A stretch of 64,000 nucleotides of DNA, taken from positions 117,486-181,485 of the forward strand of contig JBAXNG010000005.1 of the NCBI GenBank assembly GCA_037133875.1, given 5' to 3'. The translations under genes and the position numbers were made by a program. Below are positions 36,970 to 45,423 of this stretch, piece by piece. Every line of letters starts with the position of its first letter. Within the stretch, counting starts at the first letter, position 1. The notes below the pieces were generated by a model. That model saw only the letters and a list, made by a program, of their open reading frames with translations. It was not told the origin of the DNA and made no database searches. This DNA is from Verrucomicrobiota bacterium (GTDB lineage Bacteria; Verrucomicrobiota; Verrucomicrobiia; Chthoniobacterales; Chthoniobacteraceae).

Positions 36970-37974
36970 GTGAAAATCTCCCAAATATTATTATCAGGCG
37001 TCGTGTTTGCCGGGCTGAGTTCCGGATCATTGCAGGCTGTGGACAAGCTTAAGGCGTTGATTGTGGATGGGCAAAACAACCACGCCTGGCAGACGACCAC
37101 CCCCGTGATGAAATGGGCGCTGGAGCAGAGTGGCCGTTTTGCGGTGGATATTTCGACGACACCTGAAGCTGCGCCTAAAGCTCCCAAGGCGCCAAAGGAG
37201 CCTAAACCAGAGCAGGTGGCGGCGTTTGAAGCCGCGAATGCCAAGTATCGGGAAGACAAAAAGGCCTACGACGACAAAAAGGAGGAACTGTGGAAGGCCT
37301 GGCACCCGAAGTTTGCCGGATACGACGTTATTGTTTCGAACTACAACGGCGATCTGTGGCCCGAAGAGGTTCGGAAAGCGTTTGTGGAATACGTCAGTAA
37401 CGGGGGCGGGTTCGTGGCGGTTCATGCGGCGGATAACGCGTTTCCGGAGTGGCCTGAATATAATGAAATGATTGGGGTTGGCGGTTGGGGTGGTCGAAAT
37501 GAAAAGTCCGGTCCGATGGTGCGTTATCGCGATGGAAAGATCGTGCGGGACGAGGTGCCTGGAGCGGGTGGGACACATGGCGCGTTTCACGAGTTTGTGG
37601 TGGAGACACGTGATGCGGAACATCCGATTTTGAAGGGGATGCCAGTGAAGTGGAAACACGCTGGAGATGAATTATACGCGAAGCTGCGTGGGCCAGCGAA
37701 AAACATGACGGTATTGGCTACGGCATTTTCGGAGCCTGAGACAAAGGGCACGAGCGAGCATGAGCCGATGTTGATGGTGTTGAACTATGGTAAGGGTCGT
37801 GTTTTTCACACGACGCTGGGGCATAGCGCAGTCTCGATGAGTGGCCTGGGTTTTCAGGTGACGCTGGCTCGCGGCAGTGAATGGGCAGCTACGGGCAAAG
37901 TGACGTTGCCGGCTCCGAGTTCGAGCGAGTTATCGGCGGATACGGCGGCTTTGCGTGAGCCTCCAAAACCGTAG
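36970..37974 (+). CDS. ThuA-like domain protein, secreted, with Lys/Pro/Ala-rich insertion
   Basis: GTG start and signal-like N-terminus. [38 protein letters not shown]. The insert is [17 protein letters not shown]. Confidence 0.7.
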   Translation: MKISQILLSGVVFAGLSSGSLQAVDKLKALIVDGQNNHAWQTTTPVMKWALEQSGRFAVDISTTPEAAPKAPKAPKEPKPEQVAAFEAANAKYREDKKAYDDKKEELWKAWHPKFAGYDVIVSNYNGDLWPEEVRKAFVEYVSNGGGFVAVHAADNAFPEWPEYNEMIGVGGWGGRNEKSGPMVRYRDGKIVRDEVPGAGGTHGAFHEFVVETRDAEHPILKGMPVKWKHAGDELYAKLRGPAKNMTVLATAFSEPETKGTSEHEPMLMVLNYGKGRVFHTTLGHSAVSMSGLGFQVTLARGSEWAATGKVTLPAPSSSELSADTAALREPPKP

Positions 37975-38125
37975 TTTTGAGACGGCGAAATGAGCTGGGC
38001 GTCAGAGGCTCCCGGCTCAATCGTCTAGCCTATGCCTCGAGCGAAGTAAGTCCGGGGACCCTTGGCAAGGGCGGGCACAGAAATGCGAGGTTGGAATGGC
38101 GGTTGATTGGCTTTTTGATGCCAAT

Positions 38126-38671
38126 ATGCACAACTTCCTTCGGGTTGCCCTTGCCCTTGTGACATCGTCAGGCAGTCTTCTGGCCGTGTCCGAAGCCTAT
38201 CCTCGCACCGCGCCCGGCGACCTTGAGCTCAAGACCTTGCCCCCAGCCCGTTGGATGCGCACGGAGTCTGCGAAGGATTATTTTGATTCTGACAACGGGC
38301 TGTTTATGAAGCTGTTCCGTTACATTGACTCGAACAGGATTCCCATGACCGCGCCCGTCGAGGCGGGCATCAAACCTGGTACAATGGTCTTCTACATGGA
38401 TCAGGTCTCCGCCAAGCGCGCGGACCTTGCAGAGACGCCTCTAGTGAAGCTTTCTTCGGTGCCTGAACGTCGTGTGGCTGCGATCGGTATCCGCGGCTCG
38501 TATAGCCGCGTGAACTATGAAGAAGCTCTAGTCGAACTACGCGCCTGGCTGGCAAAGCGGACGGACGTGAAGCCCGCGGGGCAGCCGTATGCGGTCTACT
38601 GGAACAGCCCGTTTGTGCCGTTCTTCCTCAAGCAGTCCGAGGTTCACATCCCAGTCGCGCAGACGAAGTGA
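38126..38671 (+). CDS. SOUL/heme-binding-protein family protein, secreted
   Basis: ORF 38096-38671; ATG 38126 gives a signal peptide. FMKLFRYIDSNRIPMTAPV and a C-terminal YWNSPFVPFFLKQSEVHIPV, both typical of the SOUL family. Confidence 0.7.
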   Translation: MHNFLRVALALVTSSGSLLAVSEAYPRTAPGDLELKTLPPARWMRTESAKDYFDSDNGLFMKLFRYIDSNRIPMTAPVEAGIKPGTMVFYMDQVSAKRADLAETPLVKLSSVPERRVAAIGIRGSYSRVNYEEALVELRAWLAKRTDVKPAGQPYAVYWNSPFVPFFLKQSEVHIPVAQTK

Positions 38672-38883
38672 TTAGGTCTGTGGTCAGCCTTGCTGATGAA
38701 CTTTTCGTAAAGGAAAACGAGTCCACAGACTGATCTCAGCTAAAGAACGGAGGCGGATCAGGTGGGCGTGAGTATGAGGGGGGAGCCACGCGACGTATTG
38801 TTGGGCAAGGTGTCTGGTCGATGCGGCTTTTTTACACCGCTAAGTCGCCCGTTTCCAAGCGATGCTCAAGCGCCTCTGTCAGG

Positions 38884-41800
38884 ATGACTCTCATGAAGTC
38901 GTCAACCTCCGTAGTCTTTCGTCAGCTCTTTACGGTGTGTGTTTTGGTTGTCCCAGCGTTCGCGTACGCCGCAGGCGAATTAAGCTTTAACCGGGATATC
39001 CGGTCGATCCTTTCGGACAATTGTTTTGCCTGCCACGGGTTTGATAAAAACAAACGCGACTCCGGGCTTCGGCTCGATCTCCGGGAATCTGCAATTCAGC
39101 CTTCCAAGAGTGGCAGCATAGCGATTGTCCCGGGAAAGCCCGAAGAAAGCGAATTAGTCGCCCGCATTTTCAGTGAAGATGCAGAGGAGGTGATGCCTCC
39201 TCCAAAATCCCACAAAACTTTCACGGCTAAACAGAGAAACCTGCTGAAGCGCTGGATCGCTGAGGGCGCTTCTTACGAGGCACACTGGGCATATACCCCT
39301 CTCACCAAACAACCTGAAACCGGCGCGCCCGAAACGGCAATTGACCATTACCTTGGCAAAAGTCTTGCCGAAAAAGGGATCGTAGCCTCACCACCGGCGG
39401 AGCCTGCAACGTTGATCCGGCGTTTATCTTTGGATCTCACAGGACTTCCACCTACGCCCGAGCAAGTATCCGCATTTAAGACCGCTCACGCGCTCGATCC
39501 ACGCCGCGCCTTTGCAGACGCCCAAAACCAGCTCTTACAATCGCCTCATTATGGAGAACGCTGGGCTGTGTGGTGGCTCGACGCTGTGCGATTTGCGGAC
39601 ACCGTGGGCTATCACGGCGATCAGACCCAGCGCGTCTTTCCGTTCCGCGACTATGTGATTGATTCGTTCAACACCAACAAACGATTCGATCAGTTTACGC
39701 TCGAACAAATCGCCGGGGATCTCCTTCCAAATCCCACCGACGAACAACTCGTCGCCTCAGGGTTCAACCGACTCAGCATGATGACCCGCGAAGGCGGGAT
39801 TCAAGCGAAGGAATACCTCGCTAAATACATGGCGGATCGGGTGCGGGCGGTAGGCAGTGCCTGGCTCGGAGCCACCATCGGATGCGCCGAGTGTCACGAC
39901 CACAAGTTCGATCCTATCACCCAAAAGGACTTCTACTCTCTTGGCGCGTACTTCGCTGATATTAAACAGTACGCACTCTATCACAACGTTTTCACGCCGA
40001 ACCCCGAACTCAAAGGGTGGACGGATCACCATCCTTTCCCGCCGGAGGTTGAGGTGCCAAATCGCTATCGGGAAGAAAGACGGAAGCACTTTGCCGCCGA
40101 AATGCAGCGTATTGTCCAGGGAGCATGGCAACGACATTCCGCGGAGGCCAGACTCGCATGGCAAACCGGTATCCGCGCATTCTTGGAGGAACACCCCTCT
40201 GGTTGGGTCAGTCCAAAACCGACCGTCGAAACCGCGCACAAAAACCATGTCGTCGCAGACTCAGTCCGAATCGAACCCGATTACAGCGTGTTCTTCGAAA
40301 AGAAAGCCGGCACCGAAGTTTGTTTGAAAATCAGTCCGGGAGCGGGCTCTGTGGCAGCGTTGCGTACGGAACTACTGCCGCATGCCGAATACGAGGGAAA
40401 CCTTGTGCGCTCCGGAGAAACGGCCTCCTTACGCGTGCTGCCGAAGGTCCAGTTGTTCCGCCAAGGCCAATCCAATCCCGAATCCTTATCCATTCGCCGT
40501 GCGGATGCTGACTTGAAGGATGTCACGTATTTCCAAGGGGAAAATGAGGTGGATGTGAGTAACGGCTGGCGTCCATCAGCCAAGAATCCACAAATTCCAC
40601 AGACTGCGATTTGGCTATTGAAAGAACCCGTTACCTTAGCCGATGGGGATGAAATTCGGGTGGTGTTCGGCGATGCGAAATTTGTGCCTGCGAGCCTTCG
40701 GGTATCAGTATCTCCGCTGTCGCATCTGCATTATGGAGACGAACAGTTCCCTGCCTCACTGCTCGAAGACCCGGCATTATGGCTTACCTCCACAGGGGCA
40801 GATAACGTCGCGCTTAATGAGTTTTCGGTAGCCGAGAAACACATGCTGGAATGCCGAAACGGACGAGCGCATTCGCTTGTGAGTAAGTCCGTGGAGCCAT
40901 ATCCGGTACATATCCTTCCGAGAGGGAACTGGCAGGACGAATCAGGCGCGGTGGTGCAACCCGCAACGTTAAGCTTCATTCCCACGCTACCCGGAACGAC
41001 TGACCGGCCACAGACCCGACTCGACCTCGCGCGATGGCTTACCTCGAACGAAAATCCAATTACACCGCGAGCGATCATGAATCGGCTTTGGAAACAGTTT
41101 TTTGGCACTGGGCTCAGCGCTGTGTTGGATGATTTAGGAGCGCAGGGTGAACCTCCGAGCCATCCGGAATTGCTCGACTGGTTGGCAATCGAGTTCCGGG
41201 ACAGCGGCTGGGACTTCCAGCACATGGTGCGATTGATTACGAGCTCCGAGGCTTACCAACGAAGTTCCCGGCAGCGCACGGAACTGCGCGAAACAGATCC
41301 TGCCAACCGTTTACTTGCAGCCCAAAACCCGCGGCGACTAGAGGCGGAATTTATCCGCGATAACGCTCTTTCGATCGCAGGGTTACTGAACCGGGATATT
41401 GGAGGACCAAGTGCGCTCGTGTATTTTCCCTCGGAACTATATCGGGATATGGAATTCCCTAAGCGCGTTTACGCGGCGGAGAACGACGACCGCCAATGGC
41501 GACGCGGTATTTACATACACTGGCAGAGAACGTTTCTGCATCCGATGTTGGCAAACTTTGACGCACCAAACCGGGACGAAAGTGCGTGTGCCCGCACCCA
41601 GGCAAACACTCCGCAGCAGGCGCTTACTTTGTTGAACGACCCCACTTTTGTGGAAGCGGCCCGCGTTCTAGCGCAGCGTATCCTCCGCGATATACCTGCG
41701 TTGGACGACAGCAGGCACATCGATTTTGCGTTCGAACGCACCTTAGGACGCGTTGGGACTCCAGAGGAGCATAGCGGTTTACTCCCGCTCCTTGGAAGTT

Positions 41801-41958
41801 TTCGTCAGCAGTTCACCAAGGATCCAGACGCCGCGATGCGCTTGCTCAAGACAGGGATCGCGCCCAAGGAAAACACCATCCCCGAGCCGGAACTCGCCGC
41901 TTGGACAAGTCTTTGTCGTGTTCTGCTGAACCTTCACGAAACCATTACCCGCTACTGA
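38884..41958 (+). CDS. PSCyt1 (heme c) / DUF1549 / DUF1553 multidomain protein
   Basis: ORF 38821-41958; ATG 38884 gives a signal peptide. SDNCFACHG heme-c motif, GCAECHDHKFDP motif, and a long C-terminal region as in PSD1/DUF1553 proteins of Planctomycetota/Verrucomicrobiota. Confidence 0.85.
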   Translation: MTLMKSSTSVVFRQLFTVCVLVVPAFAYAAGELSFNRDIRSILSDNCFACHGFDKNKRDSGLRLDLRESAIQPSKSGSIAIVPGKPEESELVARIFSEDAEEVMPPPKSHKTFTAKQRNLLKRWIAEGASYEAHWAYTPLTKQPETGAPETAIDHYLGKSLAEKGIVASPPAEPATLIRRLSLDLTGLPPTPEQVSAFKTAHALDPRRAFADAQNQLLQSPHYGERWAVWWLDAVRFADTVGYHGDQTQRVFPFRDYVIDSFNTNKRFDQFTLEQIAGDLLPNPTDEQLVASGFNRLSMMTREGGIQAKEYLAKYMADRVRAVGSAWLGATIGCAECHDHKFDPITQKDFYSLGAYFADIKQYALYHNVFTPNPELKGWTDHHPFPPEVEVPNRYREERRKHFAAEMQRIVQGAWQRHSAEARLAWQTGIRAFLEEHPSGWVSPKPTVETAHKNHVVADSVRIEPDYSVFFEKKAGTEVCLKISPGAGSVAALRTELLPHAEYEGNLVRSGETASLRVLPKVQLFRQGQSNPESLSIRRADADLKDVTYFQGENEVDVSNGWRPSAKNPQIPQTAIWLLKEPVTLADGDEIRVVFGDAKFVPASLRVSVSPLSHLHYGDEQFPASLLEDPALWLTSTGADNVALNEFSVAEKHMLECRNGRAHSLVSKSVEPYPVHILPRGNWQDESGAVVQPATLSFIPTLPGTTDRPQTRLDLARWLTSNENPITPRAIMNRLWKQFFGTGLSAVLDDLGAQGEPPSHPELLDWLAIEFRDSGWDFQHMVRLITSSEAYQRSSRQRTELRETDPANRLLAAQNPRRLEAEFIRDNALSIAGLLNRDIGGPSALVYFPSELYRDMEFPKRVYAAENDDRQWRRGIYIHWQRTFLHPMLANFDAPNRDESACARTQANTPQQALTLLNDPTFVEAARVLAQRILRDIPALDDSRHIDFAFERTLGRVGTPEEHSGLLPLLGSFRQQFTKDPDAAMRLLKTGIAPKENTIPEPELAAWTSLCRVLLNLHETITRY

Positions 41959-41961
41959 TCT

Positions 41962-43401
41962 ATGGACCTCCATTCACACGCCAATTGGGATTCCGTTTCC
42001 CGCCGTGCTTTTCTGCATCAGTCCGCATTTGGTCTTGGCGGCATGGCCCTGGCCTCACTGCTACCTGCTGGTTCGGTCTCCGCAGCTGATACTTCCAGCA
42101 CCAAATGGAGCGGAGTCATTAAGTCTCCCCATTCACCCATCCGAGCCAAACGAATCATCTTTCTTTGTATGGCTGGAGGGCCCTCACATTTAGAAACATT
42201 CGACTGGAAACCGGAGCTCAAACGGCTCGACGGTCAGCCCTTCCCCGAGTCATTCACCAAAGGCCAACAGCTCGCCCAACTTCAGGGCTCGGCGCTTAAG
42301 GCTCGCGGACCATTTTGCGAATTCCAGAAACACGGACAAAGCGGGCAGGAAATTAGCAACCTCTTCCCCGGCATCGCTTCGCTGGCTGACGACATCTCGA
42401 TCATCCGCTCGATGCATACGGAGCAGATCAACCACGACACTGCCCACGCATTTATGAATACGGGTAGTATCATCAAGGGACGACCAAGCTTGGGAAGCTG
42501 GCTCCTTTACGGTTTGGGATCCGAAACCGAGGAGTTCCCAGGTTTTGTTGTCCTCACATCGACCGGCAAAAGCGGAGTCCAACCGATCTCGTCGCGGCAA
42601 TGGAGTAGCGGAGTTTTGCCCGGACAGTTTCAGGGCATCCAGTTTCAGGGCAAAGGTCAGCCCGTACATTATCTCGGTAGCCCGGACGGTATCTGTCAAT
42701 CCATGCAGCGCCAGATTGTGGAGGAGGTTCAGCGTATCAACGGACTCACCGCCGAGAGAATGGAGGACTCTGAGGCCAGGGTCCGGATCGCTCAGTACGA
42801 GATGGCTTTTAAAATGCAGACTTCCGTGCCCGAACTCGCCGACCTCAGTCGCGAACCCCAAGCGGTTCTGGATGCCTATGGAATCAAGGAACCCGGCGAT
42901 GGAAGCTTTGCAAGCAACTGTCTGCTTGCGCGAAGACTGACCGAACGCGGAGTGCGTATGGTACAACTCTACCACCGCGGCTGGGACCATCACGGCGGCA
43001 TTGAAGACGGAATGAAAACCGCCGCAGCGGAGACAGACAAAGCCTCCGCGGCGCTGATCCATGACCTAAAGCAACGCGGCCTCCTCGAGGATACTCTGAT
43101 TGTCTGGGGGGGGGAATTTGGCCGCACGCCAATGGGACAGGGTACGGGGCGCGACCATCACATTTTAGGGTTCAGTCTTTTTCTTGCCGGCGGCGGCATT
43201 AAGGGCGGGATGACCTATGGGGCAACGGATGAACTTGGGTACCGCGCGGTGGAGAATGTCGTTCATGTACATGATCTCCAAGCAACGATCCTGCATCTTA
43301 TGGGCATCGACCATTTGCGCTTAACCACGAAGTTTCAGGGGTTAGATGTACGCCTTACGGGGGTGAGTCATGCCAAAGTGCTTCAAGATTTGTTAAGCTG
43401 A
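41962..43401 (+). CDS. DUF1501 (sulfatase/alkaline-phosphatase-like) protein with twin-arginine-type leader
   Basis: Starts 3 nt after the previous stop. SRRAFLHQSAFGLGGMALASL leader, WGGEFGRTP and GRDHH motifs. Confidence 0.85.
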   Translation: MDLHSHANWDSVSRRAFLHQSAFGLGGMALASLLPAGSVSAADTSSTKWSGVIKSPHSPIRAKRIIFLCMAGGPSHLETFDWKPELKRLDGQPFPESFTKGQQLAQLQGSALKARGPFCEFQKHGQSGQEISNLFPGIASLADDISIIRSMHTEQINHDTAHAFMNTGSIIKGRPSLGSWLLYGLGSETEEFPGFVVLTSTGKSGVQPISSRQWSSGVLPGQFQGIQFQGKGQPVHYLGSPDGICQSMQRQIVEEVQRINGLTAERMEDSEARVRIAQYEMAFKMQTSVPELADLSREPQAVLDAYGIKEPGDGSFASNCLLARRLTERGVRMVQLYHRGWDHHGGIEDGMKTAAAETDKASAALIHDLKQRGLLEDTLIVWGGEFGRTPMGQGTGRDHHILGFSLFLAGGGIKGGMTYGATDELGYRAVENVVHVHDLQATILHLMGIDHLRLTTKFQGLDVRLTGVSHAKVLQDLLS

Positions 43402-43413
43402 AGTCCTCTCGGG

Positions 43414-44199
43414 TCACACGATTTTGTCGCTAAGATCTGGAGCAGGGGGCGAGCCAGGACTTTGATGTTCTCGACGATAGCGCGAGGGACTAATTCCCAT
43501 CTGCCCTCTGAACGCGCGATTGAAGTGTGCGTGATCGTAAAAACCGCACTCCTGCGCTAAGGTTGAAACCGTCAGGTTTGTTTCACTGAGCAGACGGCAG
43601 GCGTGTACGATCCGGATCCGCAATAGATATTGGCGCGGACTAGAGCCAAGCGTCTTGCTAAAGGTGCGCTCCAATTGACTCACGGAAAGCCCCGCCAGCT
43701 TTGCGACTTCTTCGTTGCTGATCGGTCGCCCGTAATTTCGGTGCATGTATTCCACTGCAGACGCGAGTTTGTGGATGGCCTCCGGCGCATAATTCATCTG
43801 GACCACCCGTCTGGAAATCCCAGCCACTCCGACAATCCGCCCCTGATCATCCCGGAGCGGAATTTTATTTGTGACGATCAGGTGCGGCGAACCTTCGATC
43901 TGGGGAACGGGTTCCAGTCGGTTCACAATGGGCTGGCCGCTTTCCATGACCATTCGATCGTCAGCGAGGTATTCCGGAATCAGAGCCGCAGGAAATAACT
44001 CCCAGTCTGTTTTCCCAAGTGCTTCCCGTTCCGTACGCACGCCACAAAACTCGCAGGCAAGTCGGTTCAACGCGACAAAACGCCCCTCCCTGTCTTTGAT
44101 GAAAAAAGAGACATCAGGCAGGAACTCAAAGAGGTCGGCAAGTTGGCCGGCAGCTCCGACATGCTTGAAAAAAGCTTCCCGTACGCTGAGAGGATTCAT
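43414..44199 (-). CDS. PAS-domain AraC-family transcriptional regulator
   Basis: N-terminal PAS-like region (FFIKDREGRFVALN...IPLRDDQGRIVGVAGISR). C-terminal AraC HTH (LAKLAGLSVSQLERTFSK...IVHACRLL...STLAQECGFYDHAHFNRAFR). Confidence 0.8.
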   Translation of the reverse strand: MNPLSVREAFFKHVGAAGQLADLFEFLPDVSFFIKDREGRFVALNRLACEFCGVRTEREALGKTDWELFPAALIPEYLADDRMVMESGQPIVNRLEPVPQIEGSPHLIVTNKIPLRDDQGRIVGVAGISRRVVQMNYAPEAIHKLASAVEYMHRNYGRPISNEEVAKLAGLSVSQLERTFSKTLGSSPRQYLLRIRIVHACRLLSETNLTVSTLAQECGFYDHAHFNRAFRGQMGISPSRYRREHQSPGSPPAPDLSDKIV

Positions 44200-44253
44200 T
44201 CGATTTTTCCCAAACTATTATCAGGTAGGCTATGTGGCAATCGAGGTGGGAGA

Positions 44254-44287
44254 CGAATGGCTGTACTAGCCGAATGGCTAATTTAGC
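44254..44287. promoter_or_regulatory. 17-bp tandem direct repeat in the divergent promoter region (candidate AraC-type operator)
   Basis: cgaatggctgtactagc / cgaatggctaatttagc: 13 of 17 positions identical, in the pattern CGAATGGCT-N4-TAGC. Confidence 0.35.
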
Positions 44288-44353
44288 CCCAGCGGGAGTT
44301 ATGAAAGACTTAAACTGGTTCCACAAATTCCAAACTAAATAACCCGCCGCCCA

Positions 44354-45229
44354 ATGTTATTTTCCAAGAAAACCATCCACAACGCAGGTTACGCAGCGCT
44401 CCTCGGGTTCGTCGCCTACCAGTGGATCGAGAGCGATACGATGCAGATCCGGCTCAATCAGAGTTTCGACACCCTGCGGACAGCGCAGCGTGAAACCGAG
44501 GAAGTAAAAGCGCAACTAGCCGAAAGCAAACAACAACTCGAGACAGCGCAATCTCGATTGCAGGAGGTCAACGCCCAGCTCTCGCGAACGCGAAGCGTAG
44601 GATCGAGCGTATCGTCCGACGGCGCATCCGCTGCATCTGGCGCCAATAGCGTAGCTAGCAGTACGTCGTTCACGGAGAGTCTCATACAACTGGCAGAAAA
44701 AGCCGCCCGGTTAGATCGTGGATTCAAGGCCTTCCCAGCGCTGGAAATACCCGAGCTCAGCCTCCTGACTGAGGCGGACTGGATCAAGGTGGTCTCGGAC
44801 CATGCGAACCTCGAGACGCCGGAGCAGATGCGTCGTGCACTGGAATCGCTGGTCGCCAGCGCGAAAGGACGCGCACTTGAAGTCTTTCGGGATGCTGCTT
44901 TCCGCACAGGAGTCGGCTCCGATACCAAATCCACAGCGAATTTAGATCCGCTCCTTTCAGAACTTCGGCAAAAATTGAACGGGCAGATTCTGCAACGCTA
45001 TGAGCTACTCCCAGCCGCTAGTCTTGAATCAGGCTGGTTCGAGCAACCCGACGTGAAACGCCATGTCTCCAGTGTCGACCAAGCGCCTGCTTTGATAGTC
45101 CGTGAAAAAGCCCCAGCAGGCGGGCAGCAACAGGTCCTTGTTTTCTTTGCAATGCCCCAGAGCAGGGACAACGGCAAGCGGTACACTTCTTCGAGCATCT
45201 TTGCCCTCCTGCAGAAGAGCCGTCCCTAA
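44354..45229 (+). CDS. Hypothetical membrane-anchored coiled-coil protein
   Basis: N-terminal hydrophobic helix (AGYAALLGFVAYQWI), a heptad-like Q/E/A-rich segment, a Ser-rich linker and a C-terminal globular part. No family recognised. Confidence 0.6.
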   Translation: MLFSKKTIHNAGYAALLGFVAYQWIESDTMQIRLNQSFDTLRTAQRETEEVKAQLAESKQQLETAQSRLQEVNAQLSRTRSVGSSVSSDGASAASGANSVASSTSFTESLIQLAEKAARLDRGFKAFPALEIPELSLLTEADWIKVVSDHANLETPEQMRRALESLVASAKGRALEVFRDAAFRTGVGSDTKSTANLDPLLSELRQKLNGQILQRYELLPAASLESGWFEQPDVKRHVSSVDQAPALIVREKAPAGGQQQVLVFFAMPQSRDNGKRYTSSSIFALLQKSRP

Positions 45230-45356
45230 GTGCCTCGAAGCCTTCTTTAGCAGGTTCCGAATGTAACGCCTGGACCTGCTGCGCTAACACTTTAAACTAG
45301 GGCGTATGCGTGGTTCGCCGCGAAAAGTGTGTGCTAACATTTTTTGTGGACCAATT

Positions 45357-45402
45357 TCACGGATGCTTACATAGGAAATTCCTAAGAAAAATGCATCCGT
45401 GA
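45357..45402. promoter_or_regulatory. Nested inverted repeat immediately upstream of the DUF1592-family gene
   Basis: Outer 10-bp arms tcacggatgc / gcatccgtga. Inner palindrome TAGGAA-a-TTCCTA at 45372-45384. The element ends 22 nt before ATG 45424. Confidence 0.35.
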
Positions 45403-45423
45403 GGGTTGTATCAAAGGCCCCCC

